Source: the human T2T-CHM13v2.0 reference genome, Homo sapiens
Length of the DNA stretch: 64,000 nt
NCBI RefSeq assembly: GCF_009914755.1
Contig: NC_060930.1
Reading direction: 5' to 3' (one strand)
A program made the position numbers and the translations under genes. Positions 1-13,666 of the stretch are shown piece after piece. Below the pieces are notes generated by a model that searched no databases, was not told where the DNA came from, and saw only the letters and a list, made by a program, of their open reading frames with translations. Position 1 is the stretch's first letter. Each line of letters starts with the position of its first letter.

Positions 1-1777
1 CCACATTAATGTTCCAAACCTGAAAATGAAGGTTTCTCCTTTTAAACCATAAATTATGTAAACTGAGGAAACTATCCCAATTAATAGAAAACCTTATTTC
101 TTGATGACGAAGGATATAAATAATTGGGAATTAAAGGAAGCTCAAAGACGGAACTGTTTCATCTTATATCTTAACTCTCTTTGGACTCTGTGAGGGCTTT
201 GTGGATGTGTAGGAAGGGAAGAACAAAAGTAAACAAAAAGGAGGAAAAAACCCCAGAGTGCAGCAAGCTCTCTGGAATAGATTAATTTATTCAACGGCAA
301 AACCAAAAGTATGAGATAAATGAGCTACCATCTCTACCCCATCAGCACTGGTTCAAAAATCTAGCTAATCTACAACTTGGATTTCTTTAAAGAATTTAAT
401 TTGTCTGTGGCCAACTTAGTCTGACTGCTTCAAGCATGACATTCTTAAGGTCAAAGTCTTGGATTTGAAGCTTCTACAGAATAATTAACTTTGCTCTAAT
501 CTGTGGTCACAGCTCATATCCCAAACCCTGACAAATTGTCTTTGTTCCTAAGAGGAGACCAGATGAAAGAAGAGGACTGTGAGAACAACAACCCAAAAGC
601 ACACTCAATGGACAGAGATCACTAATGCCATGTTTATTTATAAAAGATGCAATTTAGACACAAAACTTTTATTATGTATTTTAAAATAAAAATACGAAAA
701 TTGATATAAACTATGTTGTCACATTGGATACTTCTAAATTAGTGAACTGAAAAAATAAACTGAAAGATAAAAAATTAGAATAATCTAAAAATATTATTTA
801 CCATAATCATATATGATTAGAACAATGACAGTTAAATAATATAATTGATAGTTACACAAAATAAACCACAGGTTATATATTTGCTTTTTTTCAGAAGGTT
901 AGTATAATGTTTGATATTGAAAGTTAAAGGATTTTACCTCAATTTTGTTGTAGTTCACTTATTTTTGCTTTATTTATATTCATAAAGTTATTAGTGTTGC
1001 TTAAAGAGACTGGAAAATCTAGTATTCATTCCAGAGTAAACTGGGATTATTTAAAGATTATTTTCATGCTTGAAAGTCAGATAAAATGAGTTTTAAAACT
1101 ATATTTCCATTTAGAAATAAGTATTTGTGTGTGTGTGTATGTAAGTCTTTGCCCTCAAAGAATTCTTTTTTGCTCTCTAGTAGTATTTTGGTACTTTTCT
1201 CTGATAAATCTTCAATTTTAGAATATTTTGTACATTGTTCTTCATTCTAACCAATTATTTTGTAATTTTAAAACAATCAGGCATTTTTCTATTTAATCTG
1301 GTTGCTTTAAAAATAAAGTGGAAAGGCTAATGTGTGGCACATTTTTGTATTTTCTTTTTTGTAACCAACTTGTTTATGCATATCATGTTTGTCGTGCAAT
1401 TTACCTATAAAACTATTCTCTGGGTTTCATAATAAAATATTTATATACTGAATATATTCTTCTTCCACATAATCTTACCTCTTTATCCTGGCATCTCTTA
1501 GATTGTGTATCTATCAGATTTAAAATAAAAATGTTTCTTTTTCAAAATAAAACAAATTGCTATTATGAAACAACTTTTATTCATCTACCTTTTCTCAAGT
1601 CTAGAGAGTAAGTGAAAAATGAAGATACCCTTCACCATGCTTGTGAACTCATTATCTTGTCAACATCATTGTAAACTAAGCTGATGAAAAGTTAACCCTA
1701 ACTGTGGAGAAGATCTGGCTAAGATGCAAGAAGCATGGCAGATTCAGAGATCTAGGTCTGGACAAATTAATGTAGAG

Positions 1778-2205
1778 GTCACCAAATGTATCCCCAGGTG
1801 ACTGAATAAAGAAAATGTGACATATGACATATATATATATACCATGGAATTCTACACAGCCATGAAGAGAAAGAAATGTCTTTCGCAGCAACACAGATTT
1901 AGCTGGAAGTGATTATTCTAAGTGAAATAACTTAGAAACAGAAAATCAAATACCATGTGTTCTCACTTTTAAGCGGGAGCTAAACAATGGGTATATATGG
2001 ACATTCTGAGGGAAACAGTAGACAATAGGGACTCCAAAAGGGGGAAGGGTGGAACAGGAGTGAGGGTTGAAAAATTACCTACTGAGTACAATGTTCACTA
2101 TCCATATGATGGGTACAGTAGAAGCCTGAATCCCACCACTACACAATATATGCTTTTAACAAACCTGTACATATACCCTCAGAATTGGCTAATTAAAAAA
2201 AAAAT
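1778..2205 (+). mobile_element. LINE-1 3' end fragment, L1PB-type (L1PB3/4-like)
   Basis: ORF2 C-terminal/3'UTR motifs (ataaagaaaatgtg, ccatggaattctacacagcc, ttctcactt, gagggttgaaaaattacctac...aacaaacctgtacat) ending in an A-rich tail. Confidence 0.85.
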
Positions 2206-2239
2206 TAAAAATATATTTCCACGGATTTTAAAAGATGCA

Positions 2240-2769
2240 TGTTATTCCTTAAACAGGTTTAGCTTCTATAAAATTGCAAAGGTAATAGAGAATTCCTGTA
2301 TAACTAATTTCCAATTTCCCCTACTATTACTTCTATTAGTATGGCACATCAGTTACAATTAATGAACCAATACTGATAGATTATTATTAACTGAAGTCTA
2401 TACTTTATTCATATTTTCTCAGCCTTTACCTAAGGTCCTTCCCATCCCCCACTGGGATCCAATCCACAATACTGCATTACATTTAATTATCATGTATGCT
2501 TAGGTGCCTCTAGACTATGACAGTTTCTTAGATTTTTTCCTTATTTTTGTTACCTCAATAGTTGTGAGAAGTACTTGTTAAATATATTATAGAATGTTCC
2601 ACAACTGAGGTTTGTCTGATGTTTTTGTCATGTTTTTACTGGAGCTATGTGCATTTGGGAGAAAAATCACAGAGATAAAGTGTCACTTTGGTTATATCAT
2701 ATCAAGAATACATCCTGTCAATATGACTTATTTCAGTTGCTGTTGACCTTCATTACTTGACTAAGGTAG
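2240..2769 (-). mobile_element. Old LINE-1 3' region (L1MC/L1MD-like)
   Basis: acaattaatgaaccaatactgata...tattaactgaagtctatactttatt and ggtttgtctgatgtttt resemble antisense L1MC 3'UTR. Confidence 0.65.
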
Positions 2770-3075
2770 TGTATTAGTTTGCTAGGGTTTCCATAACAAA
2801 GTACAACTTACTGGATGGCTTAAACAACAGAAATGCATTGTCTCTCCCTTATGGAGCCTTGGAGTCTGACATCAGGGGTATGTAGGTTATTGTCTTTCAA
2901 TTATGGGGGCCAGAAATCCAAGACCAATGTCTCAGCAGGTTTAGTTCCTTCTAAGGGCTGTGAAGGAGAATTTCTTTCATGGCCCCTCTCTCAGCATCTA
3001 ATGGTTTGCTGGTAATCTTTGGCATTCCTTGGGTTGCAGATGCATTACCTTGATCTCTGCTTTTATCTTCACATA
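2770..3075 (-). mobile_element. MaLR LTR fragment (MLT1C/D-like)
   Basis: tgtattagtttgctagggtttccataacaaagtac...ggcttaaacaacagaaat...ggtttgctggtaatctttggcattccttgg. Confidence 0.75.
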
Positions 3076-3612
3076 TGATAGAGAAAGAAGAGCTTGGAAG
3101 CGAACACATTAGATATTAATAATATTTATATCTTCAGTTAGAAACAACAACAACGATAGTATATTACAAGAGGATTTCACAAATTCTCAATACCACACAG
3201 TCCCACCTTTCTTCTTGTTGCTGTATGAACAGTTTAGGCTCCTATTTAAAGCAAAGTAATCACTTCTCTCTCCTATTCAATGATTTAATTCTGGAAAGTT
3301 TTTTCATTCTCTCCTGCATCACAAGCTTTTCCCTTAGCACTGTCATTCCTTGCCACCATCCTAGCCTAAGTCATAATCATCTCTCTCCTGGAAGACTACA
3401 ATAAGCTTCTAACTGGTTTTCCTACTTCCACCTTTGTCTTCTCATATTCTAGTCTGAAGAAAGCAGTAAGATCCTTAAAAAATAGCCATCAGAACATGTC
3501 TACTCAAAAATCCTCTAGTAGCTCCCCATTTTGCATAGAGTAAATGCCATAGGCCTAAAAGTCCTTGCATAATTGACTCCCCTTTTGGCTCTCTGACCAC
3601 AACCTTCTTATA

Positions 3613-3971
3613 TGTATTAGTCCATTTTCATGCTGCTGATAAACACATAACCAAGACTAGGAAATTTACAGGAGAAAGAGGTTTAATTGGACATACAGTT
3701 CCACATGGCTGGGGAAGTCTCACAATCATGTCAGATGGCAAGGAGGAGCAAGTGACGTCTTATGTGGATGGCCGCAGGCAAAAAATGAGAGAACTTGTGC
3801 AGGGAAACTCCCCTTTTGAAAACCATCAGATCTCGTGAGACTTACTCACTATCACAAGAACAGTATGGGAAAGACCTGCCCCCATGATTCAATTACGTCC
3901 CACCGAGCTCCTCCCACAACACGTGGAAATTCAAGATGAGATATGGATGGGAACACAACCAAACCATATCA
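3613..3971 (-). mobile_element. THE1B solo LTR (MaLR)
   Basis: tgtattagtccattttcatgctgctgataaa ... ggcaaggaggagcaagtgacgtcttatgtggatgg ... aaccatatca termini, ~360 bp. Confidence 0.9.
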
Positions 3972-3981
3972 CTATTCTTTT

Positions 3982-4249
3982 CTGCACTGTCGCCCAGGCT
4001 GGAGTGCAGTGGCATGATCTCTGCTCACTGCAACTCCGCCTCCCAGGTTCAAGTAATTCTCCTGCCTCAGCCTCCTGAGTAGGTGGGACTACAGGCACCC
4101 GCCACCACACCCAGCTAATTTTTGTATTTTTAGTACAGACAGCGTTTCATTATGTTGGCCAAGCTGGTCTTGAACTCCTGACCTTGTGATCCGCCTGCCT
4201 TGGCCTCCCAAAGTGCTGGGATTACAGGAGTGAGCCACCACACCCAGCC
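3982..4249 (-). mobile_element. AluS (AluSg-like) lacking poly(A) tail
   Basis: Dimeric Alu in antisense; gaccttgtgatcc (no AluSx aggt); flanked by actattctttt (3971-3981) / actactctttt (4251-4261). Confidence 0.9.
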
Positions 4250-4687
4250 TACTACTCTTTTCCTCTCTCAGCCTTCCCTATCCAGCAGCCTCTTTTCTAT
4301 TCCCTGACCACACCAAGAACATTGGTGTTTCTGGACCTTTACACTTGCTATTGTGCACAATTCAGTATGTTAGCTCCATCAGGTCTTTGCTCAAATGCAA
4401 CTTTCTCAGTTAGATACATTCTGTCCATACTGCTTAAAGGTAAAACCACCTGCTTCTGAAGTAGTTTCCATTCCACTTATTTTTCCTTATATTCATAACA
4501 TTTTTCACTTTTTAACAGGCAATATACTCATTATTTTTATATGAATTTTCAGTCTCTTTTTATTTAAATATGAGCTCCATAAGACAAAGAATTCAGTGTG
4601 TTAAGTTTATTTATATACATGATGAACTAGACAAGTGTAATACACTTAGCAAAGTTTCAACAAATTTTTTAAATAAATTACTTTATA

Positions 4688-4875
4688 TAATAATGATAAT
4701 AGCTAACACCTTGAATATTTTTCATGTGCTAAATACTCTTTTAGGTTCTTTATACACATGAACATGTGTTTAATACTGAAAACTACCCTATAATATAGGT
4801 ACTATTATATTCTCATTTTATAAACTGAGTAACAGGCAAAATTTCCAAAGCTAATAAATGGAGGGACCAAGATTA
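4688..4875 (-). mobile_element. MIR SINE
   Basis: ataatagctaacac...ataggtactattatattctcattttataaactgag core. Confidence 0.7.
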
Positions 4876-5857
4876 CTGGTTACTTTCTTATTTATCTTAT
4901 TTACTATCAACAAATTTTACATTGAGTATGTATTTATTTTATTATACAAAATAATTAAAATGTTACTCCACTACTCCTCTAAAGTTGCCTCACTTAATAA
5001 TTCCTTACAAAATATATTAGTTTAAAATCTGTAATTCTTTTTCTTATATTGATCATTTAAATGTTTATTTTTATATATCTTTTATTACTATAATGAGCTG
5101 CTGTAGTTATAACTACATTAAATATGTGTGTGTGTGTCACTCACAAAATTTAATATATCTGCAGTGCTCATTTACTGAATGTCTTTAATAAATATTAGGT
5201 GATAAATATTTGGGTTTATCCAACTTAGATAAGAATGTATATGTGTGTGCATTTTAAAGATAATTATCTGTTTTTTTGGCAGGAAGAGTAAGTAATATTT
5301 ATTAATACATTGGCTTTTGTTTTTTAAAATTTAACTGTAGCAAGCTGAAGGCCTTTAGCAAGCTAAAATATCTCTAAGCAGCCCCTTAAAACTTGTCAAC
5401 AAAATAATACTGGGCAATTATTTTGTTCTATTTTTAAAGACATCATATAGAGGTTAAGCAATTCTCTTGAAAGCAGAACATTTACATACTGTATTTTTAA
5501 TTAAGCATATTTAATTACCTGTGAAATTTACCCCTAAAATTTTTGTGAATGTATATATGGTTCAAAAGCTATCAACCTGAAGATTCAAAGGCAAAGGACC
5601 AACTAGTTTTTCATTTAAAAAAAATACCATAAACCTTTACAATGACAGGCTACAAAATGGCCTAGTGATATGTAACTATCATCATTATTTAGATGAATTG
5701 AATAATGGAAGTTAATTAGGAATCAGCACAGTGTAAGGAAAAGCAAAATTTTGATTAGTCTTCAGAAATCAAAATTCTATAGCAAATTAATCTCTGACAA
5801 TCCATCTCACCAAACTAAATAGAAGTTAAATGTTATTTTATTCATTATATGGGCACC

Positions 5858-6236
5858 ATATTTGTTCATTTTGTGTTGCTATAACAGACTATAACAGATT
5901 AGATACTTTATAATGAACAGAAATTTATTGATTCATGGTTCTTGTGGCCGCAAACTCCAAGATCAAGGTGCTCACATCTGGAAAGGGCCTTTTTGTTGCA
6001 TCATCCCATGGCAATTAGGCAAAAAGAGGGCAAGAGAGAGAGAGAGAAAGAGAGAATAAAAGGAAGCTGAATTCCTCCATTATGGCAAACCCACTTCCTT
6101 GACAACAGAATTAACCTATTCACTCTGCTCTTATGGCTCGCTCACCTCTCATTAAGCCCTATCTCCTGACACCATAGCTTTGAGGATTAAGTTTCCAACA
6201 TATGCATTTTTGCGAGACACTTACAAACCATAACAA
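5858..6236 (-). mobile_element. MaLR solo LTR (MSTC/MSTD-like)
   Basis: ttttgtgttgctataacaga...tccaagatcaaggtgc...catcatcccatggc...aagtttccaacatatg...aaaccataaca. Confidence 0.8.
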
Positions 6237-6287
6237 GCACTTATTAAGGGAGACAGATCTGTCATAGTATTAATCTATGCTTCTCTG

Positions 6288-6290
<3 letters not shown>

Positions 6291-6324
<34 letters not shown>
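6291..6324. repeat. (TG)17 microsatellite
   Basis: Direct reading. Confidence 0.95.
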
Positions 6325-6327
<3 letters not shown>

Positions 6328-6609
6328 ATGTTGTCATGAAATAAGTCTCCTATATCAGTGGTAGTTTTTATAAAACAATAAAAACTAAAATGATTTAGTA
6401 ATTGACAAACTGACATAATTTTTTCCTTGTTAGCATGATTACTAAACATGAGACAGAAATTTATGAAGATAAAGAAGTTAGCAAAAGACTGGGGTGATGT
6501 AGCTTTTAACGTACTATGGTGCACAGATACAGAACTTTCTTAAATAGTCCTACTTCTCTAGTACACTCACTCTGGGCATTATTTCTCCACTGAATTTGCA
6601 TGCACCTTC

Positions 6610-9495
6610 TGTGGTAGATAGAATGATTACCATCATTACTTTCTTTCTCTGTATGTATATTCTGCTTCTCATTTGCTTGAGGGTTAGCCTTAGTGAGTTG
6701 TTTACACAACAGAATGCAGTGGATGTAATATTCTTGATATTCAAAGACTAGGTCAACAGAAGCCTTTAGCCTTCCACCTAGGCCCTTGAATGCTTATTTT
6801 TGGGATGTTTCCGCTTAGAAACCAGCTTTCATGTTGTGAGAAGTCAAAGCCACGTAGAGAGACCATGTGTCACTGATCTGGTAAACAACAAGGATGAGCT
6901 CCTAGGCAATAGCATAAACTGACAGGAATATTAATGAGCCATCTTACATATCTAGTGCATTGGAGCCTTCAGACCACTCCAGCCCCAGTTTCCAATTTAT
7001 TGTAACTTCATGAGAAATCCAAAGTGACAATAAACCAGCCAAGACCAGTCAATCTGCAAAACTGTGAGGAATCACAGTAAATTGTTATTTTAAATCACTA
7101 ATCTGGGATTTTCCCCCATAGCAATACATAATTATAACAAATATTAGTGCCAGAAGTGGAATGCTACTGCTTTGTTTTTAATGTGCCCTCCAAAGCTCAC
7201 AGTGAAATTTAATTGTCATTGTGATGGTATTAAGAGGTAGAACCAGTATGAGGTGAATAGACCATAAGGGCCCTGTCCTTATGAGTGAATGAATGTTTTA
7301 TCCAGAGATTGGTTTTGTTATCAGGAAAGTGGGGTTGTTGCAAAAGGAAGTTCAGTCTCTTTCTGTCTTGTTCTTACCCATGCTCTCTTGTCCTTCCACC
7401 TTCTGCTATAGACGCTGTGGCAATGAGGCCTTTGCCAGGCCTTTGCTATTTTGATATTGAATTTTCTAGCCTGAAGAATTGTGGGAAGCAAATTTCTTTA
7501 CTTTATAAATTACCCAGTCTGTGATACTTTGTTATAGCAACACAAACAGACTAAGACACATGACAGCACAGTCTTCAAACATGTGGCTATGACTTTCAGC
7601 CTAAAGATAGGCACAAACTGGAGGGACCTCAAAAAGATTACAGTGGACTTGAAGGACATTGAGAAAAATTTATTATAGAGTAAAGATACCCATTTTATAT
7701 AGTATCAAAATATTTGACAACTCTATTACCTGGGATTAAGTAGAAAACATAAAATATACATAATGAATTGATGGATTTGTTTAAGGAGATTTCCAGAACC
7801 ATACAAGTAACAGTTTTTGAAAGCCTTGTGTGATCAGATACAGATAAAGAGAGACAGTCTAAAAAATGAATTGTTCCATTTCTAGACAAATTTAGAGAGA
7901 AATAGAACAAAACTTGGATATATTGGGTCAAAAACTAAACTGTTTCTCATTCTCAAAGGCTCAACAAGACAAAAGCTTTTAAAATAAGGAAAAAACCCAG
8001 GGTGAAGACTAAATACAAGGTGTTTGCAACAAAATGAGGCCTCAAGGTAGTAATGTTCAGCTTGAGGGTATAGTTTTAAGACCTTTTATTAAGACCTCAG
8101 AAACATTTATGACAGTCCTATGTGCACCGTATCAGCTAGACAAATAGACTTCTAAAAATATTAAAGGTACACGTTCCAGAAATTTTCAGCTGGTAAGTCT
8201 AATAATCTTGTCTCTTTTAGATTCACTTTCTAGCCAGGAAGATTTCTAAAACCTCAAGGGCACTGTACCATAGCACCATGACTCTCAACCCTAGCCAGAA
8301 AAGAATCCTGTCTCAAATAAATTATTGGGTATTTCTTTAGTAAACTAAGTGGAAACCCAGTAATATTTATAGGAAATTCCTCCCATTTTAGAAGTATAGA
8401 ATTAACAAAAAGTTATCACTTTGGAGTAAAAAAAGACAGAGACCATTTAAAATGAAAACTTTCATAGTCCCAATCTTCTATGAAGAGAAAGAAAAATGAG
8501 ACTACTTAGCTGCAAACACAGGTAATATCTTGTGGATGACTCAGGTTTCTTGGCCAATACTCAAGAGAATGGAGTCAAGATCCATGGAGAGTCATTCCTA
8601 GGGAGTAGGATTTAACCTAACTAGACAAGTGATTATGTATGTTATGCTGGATTTCAGAATTGTTATGGACTAGTGATGGCTATGTGCCAACCTGTCCTTT
8701 CCCCACTCTTGAAGGGGGTGTGTCTACTGCAATTATATTGTATTTGTATCAGCATTTAATATTGAGTTCATGATGGGGACTGATAAATTATCCTCTAGTT
8801 AACAGATTTTGAGATTGAGAGGAGTCACACCTGATGACTTGGATCCAATTTGTTGAGATTCTGGATTTAGAACCAGTGTTGTAATGGGATGAGTTTCAAG
8901 CTCTTTCTTAGAGAATTAATGGATGTTGCATGTGGAAGAAACATGAATTATGGTTCCCATAGCACAGTCTGTGGAAGATAGTCTCGAAGATGCTTACCCT
9001 TGCTATATATGCCTACTGCTTCTCACATCCGGAGCTCAAATTCCATATTACCCTAAATCTGGACTAGTTTTAGTGACTTATTTGACTAATAGAATATGGT
9101 GAACGTAACATTCTGGGGACAAGTTAGAAATGCCTTGCAACACTCACTTGGGTCTCTTGAAAAGCTGACTCTTGGGATGCATCCTTTTAGAAACTACCTA
9201 CCACACTATGAGAAGCACAACCGCAAAGTGTAGCCACTCTATTGAACAACACATCTTTGCTTTAGTCAAGAGCAATAATCAAATATCAGCCATGAAAATG
9301 AACTATCTTGGATACTGAGCCCTTATATGAATCTAGCCCCAGCCTCTGTCTGACTGCAATTTCATGAAATACCATAAACCAGGACTTTCCAGGTAATCCT
9401 GTCTACAAGCAGAACTATGAAATGTTCTAAAATAGTAATGTTTTAAAACAGCACATGTTGGGATGGTTTGTTTGCAACATCAGATAACTAAAACA
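6610..9495 (+). mobile_element. Complete MaLR provirus, MLT1H/G-like: 5' LTR 6610-7139, internal 7140-8969, 3' LTR 8970-9495
   Basis: Two ~530 bp TG...CA LTRs of similar layout; MLT-int start (ttagtgccagaagtggaatgctac) and end (ttgcatgtggaagaaacatgaat); 5-bp TSD ccttc (6605-6609) / ccatc (9496-9500). Confidence 0.75.
7168..7558 (+). mobile_element. MST (MSTC/D-like) solo LTR nested in MLT1 internal region
   Basis: tgctttgtttttaatgtgccctccaaagctca...ataaattacccagtctgtgata...gactaagaca. Confidence 0.8.
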
Positions 9496-9509
9496 CCATC
9501 GCGGTAACA

Positions 9510-10055
9510 ATTTTATAAACTACCTTGATACAATAACTTAACAATCAGGACTGATAATTGAAGCTACCTGTGTCAACATGACTTAGCTATTTGCTCCTGG
9601 AAATTCATGTACAGGAGATTAGACTGTACATCATTAAATAACTTATCTATTTGCTTTAGGAAATCCCTCCAAACAAATAGTTTCTCGTATAGGCAAAAAA
9701 AGGCTCTTGTATCAGGACAAGAGCAAGTGATCACCTGTACTAATATCTCAATTATTAAATAACTCTTTATTTATCAAAAGTCATTTAAAAGCACTTGCCT
9801 TGACATGTCCAGCAATTCTAAACTATTATGTCATCCATTTTGTCCATCCAATCAATTCCCACCAATAATAACTTTATCCAAGACAGCAAAACCTTATACA
9901 TATTGTGCCCTGATCTTCCCCTCTGAGACACTACTAAGAGTTTGTCAATATATCTATGTATTAAGATGGCGTTTTCCCTTATTGTAGTAGTCCTAATAAA
10001 ATTAGTTTTGCTTGATCAATGGGTTTTTTAGTGACTTGGAAAATCAGCAATCAAG
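9510..10055 (+). mobile_element. Degenerate ERV LTR remnant (MER34/MER68/MER77-like, family uncertain)
   Basis: LTR-type R/U5 end: ctctgagacactact...ttcccttattgtagtagtcctaataaaattagttttgcttgatcaa. Confidence 0.4.
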
Positions 10056-10499
10056 AATTATAACTGTAAATTTACAGTTAACAACTGTGTTTCAGGATGT
10101 TACACTGACACCATTTCTGTCTTAATTTCACTGGGGACTTCAAATGCTTATAAAATAAAATAGCTGAAAACTATCCTTTCATACTGAATTTGAGGCTAAA
10201 AATCCACAAATCTGATTTTGTAGCTTAAGTTTTATATATCTCCAGTTTATTAAGAAGAGAATTTAGAAAAGCCCTAAAGGAGAATTCCCTTAGAGAAAGC
10301 TTTTGAGTACCGTAGTTTCCCTTTCCCGGTACTCACATCTATACTTTTATATTAATCCTTTTCTCAATAAATAATACACATTTTTACAGGAAAAAAATAG
10401 CGGATTATTTCTTACATTCTGATATAGCTTCCAGGATATTAAAAATGAAACTATAAACATCGATGAGCTTATTATCTTTATCCTCATCCATGTATCCTA

Positions 10500-12740
10500 A
10501 ACCTACTATTTCAGACAGAAAAAAAATGCTACAAAATGTGTTGCTCCCATGCTAATAATAAGAATCCAAATATTCTACAAAATTATAACCTTTTTGAATC
10601 CATCAGAGCCTTAAATTCACAAGGAAACCAAGTGACCTGAATTCCAAGAAGGAATAAAAACCTACAAGAAGATATAAATTCATAAATTGTTTCACCAATG
10701 GCAGAAAAAAGAAGAAAGACATTCCACCTACCATGTAAATTGTAAGACAACATCAGAAAACCATATAACAAACAAAACACAAGGCAGATATATAAGTCCA
10801 GAATATTAAGGGGCTCCAGACACAAAAAATGTTTCCATTCTCTCTCAAGCTTTTCCCCGTGGTTTCTATCAAGTGCTCATGAGCAAAATTGGGACCAGGA
10901 TAATAAACCAGGAAGAGCTTATCCATGAAGAGGGAATGCAGGAAGTGATTGATGACTTTTAAAATACTGCACACGTCTGTGGATTCTACTTTCATATGAG
11001 ACAAAGGCCTAAGCTTCTTTGGGAGGGGCAGTGAACATGCTTATCCATAGAGTAAGTAGAGTGACAAGTGGTAGCACAGGGAATAGATGTAAAGTCCTCC
11101 TCCCTTTCCAGGACTCTTTCTTCTGGTAAAATAATAACTTTAGATATCTTGGATAATGACAAATGTTTACAGATAACAGGTTAAGTTGGCCTGCCATGAA
11201 GAGGTAGACTATCTATGCTGGAAAACTTCTACTCCAAGGTCCAGATGCATATGGCTTCCCTAAGACTGAAGTGAGGCCAGAATAACAGAACATTTCTAAC
11301 CACAAAGTTGGCACATGTTAACAAGCAATAACAATCAACCATTGGGGAGGGACAAGAATGTGGAGCTATATTTTTCTGTTGTGTAGGTATGCATGCATGG
11401 TGAAAGCTGAAGATAGAGCACAAACACTGAAAAAATTTGTATGGCATCCCAATTCTACCCTATCCCAAATAAGGCAATGAAAGTTGATTAGTAGAGGAAT
11501 TGAGCCTATAATTTACTGACAGTAACTTTAGAGACAAAACTAAATTTCAGCTCAATTTCTAACTAGATTGATTCAACACTCCACACTGATGACCTATAGA
11601 AGAAAGAGGAATGTTCATATTCAGGTTAAATATTATTTACTTCAGTCTTTATTAAACTATAAACAATGTTTGGCATTTAATAAAACTTATAATATATACA
11701 GAAACATATGAAAACATGAGCTATTGCCAAGTGATAAGTAATTAACAGGACCAGATTCAGATATGACTCAGATGTCAGACTCCAAGGTGACTACAATGTC
11801 AGGACTTTAAAAAACTATGATTAACATATTAAAGGACGTAGTGGAAAAGATTGACAATATGTATGAATAAATGAGACATTTTAGTAGGGATATGGCAAAT
11901 ATAAGAGGAAGCCTAGCCTAATGGAAATGCTAGAAAAAACAAGCAAGCAAACAAACAGACAAAATTACTACCTTAGGGATAAAAACAAAAACAAAAACAC
12001 CTCTTTAAATATGTCCATCACAGTTACACAGACTTGACACAGCTGAGAAAAGATTCAGTGAACTTTCAGATATTTCAATAGAAGTAACCAAACTGAAGTG
12101 TGAAGAAAAAAATATGGGGTAAAAGAATCAAAATAGAATATATAAAAGCTGTGGAATAACACAGAATAGCCCAATATGTATAGTTTGATACGGCACAAAG
12201 AGAAGAAATAGAGAATGAGGCAGGTAAAATATGTGAAGCGATAATGACTGAGTTCTCCAAACATAATAAAAGATCCAAGAAGCTCAGGGAAATCTATAAT
12301 AAATAGAACAACAATAACCACCAGCACTACAACAAAAAGAAATATCTTGATATATTAGAGTCAAACTGCTGAAAAGTAAAGGGAAAGGGAAACATTTGAA
12401 GGAGCCAGAGAAAAATAACACACAATGAACAGAAAAATGTAAAGAATTACAGAATACTTCCTATGAGAAACTATGCAAGCCAGATGACTCTGGAATGATA
12501 TTTCAGTAGTATGAAAAGCAATAAACCCACAACCCAAAATTCTATATCCAGTGAATAAACCTTTCAACAACACAAGCAAGTTAAATATTTTTTCAGACCA
12601 AAGAAAATGAGAATTTTTTTAATAGCAGACCTGTGCTATAAAGAATGTTCTTCACACTGAAGAAATATGGTATCAGAAGATTTATCTATACAAAGAAATG
12701 AAAAACTGAAGGAACAGTTATAATAAAGGTACATATATGT
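10500..12740 (+). mobile_element. Ancient L1M 5' region / decayed ORF1
   Basis: A-rich L1M ORF1 motifs (aggactttaaaaaactatgattaa, gacttgacacagctgagaaaagattcagtgaac, agaaactatgcaagccaga, aaaattctatatccagtg); left boundary uncertain. Confidence 0.7.
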
Positions 12741-13262
12741 ACCATTATGTATCACTTTTCACCGTTACAAGTCCTTTTGTCTTTACCTCTTTCTTCTCCT
12801 TCTGGAATATCAAATTACATGAAGGAAAGAGGAGCTCCTAGATAAATTATTCTTATTTTCTCCTCATTTCTACATAATAATTACCAATTCCAAAGCTGTC
12901 CTAAGTAGTCTTTTATTTGTCTTTTTGGAAGAGAATAGCGCCAGATGGAGCAATCAGCCACATTCGATACAGGTGATGACCAGTTTGATAGTACATCCTA
13001 AAGAGGCTTTCTTTTTTCCTCATTACAATTTCCCACTTTATCATTTATGCAGACTAAGATTTTACTTCATAAAAAAGTAGGAATATATTATTTACTCATC
13101 CCTGATTTCTGTGGAACTTGTAATAGACACTGGGCAACTGTAGGATTATTAAATAAACTGCACTGCCTAGTGGTATACAGTTGTACACAGAGGTAGGCTT
13201 CCTCTACATTTTTCCCATCATTTTGCTAGCTTTTCTCTTGACTGAAATATGCTTATGCAGTC

Positions 13263-13666
13263 TGACATAGTTTAGATGTGGTCCCACCCATATTTCATGT
13301 TGAAATTTCCAGTGTTGGAGCAGGGGCCTGGTGGGAGGTGTTTGGGTCATGGGGGCGGATCCCTCATAGCATGATGCTGTCCTTGTGACAGTGAGTGAGT
13401 TCTGGAGAGATGTGGTTGTTTAAAAGTGGGTTGCACCTCCCACTCCCAACTCTCTCTCTTGCTTCTGCTCTTGCCATGGGATGTGCCTGCTCACACTTCA
13501 CCTTCTGCCATAAATAAAAACTTCCTGTGGCTTCCCCAGAAGCTGAGTAGATGCCAGCACCATGCTTGTACAGCCTGCAGAACTGTGAGCCAAGTAAACA
13601 TCTTTTCTTTATATATTACCCAGTCTCAGGTATTCCTTTATAGCACTGCAATAATGGCCTAACACA
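13263..13666 (+). mobile_element. MSTB solo LTR
   Basis: tgacatagtttagatgt...gggcctggtgggaggtgtttgggtcatgggggcggatccctcat...cctaacaca; TSD cagtc/gagtc. Confidence 0.9.

Larger units (their letters stand above)
3340..4680 (+). mobile_element. LINE-2 3' fragment interrupted by THE1B and Alu
   Basis: L2 motifs (gccaccatcctagcc...atctctctcctgg...aactggttttcct; ctttgctcaaatgcaac; gagctccataagaca...) on both sides of the 3613-4249 insertions. Confidence 0.6.

Noticed and set aside
3695-3725. PRDM9 hotspot motif in THE1B
   Set aside because: Sense strand reads cttccccagccat, not the CCTCCCTNNCCAC hotspot form.
12770-12825. Short antisense L1 ORF1-like piece next to the L1M relic, a possible inversion
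   Set aside because: Only ~50 bp of weak similarity and no TSD visible.
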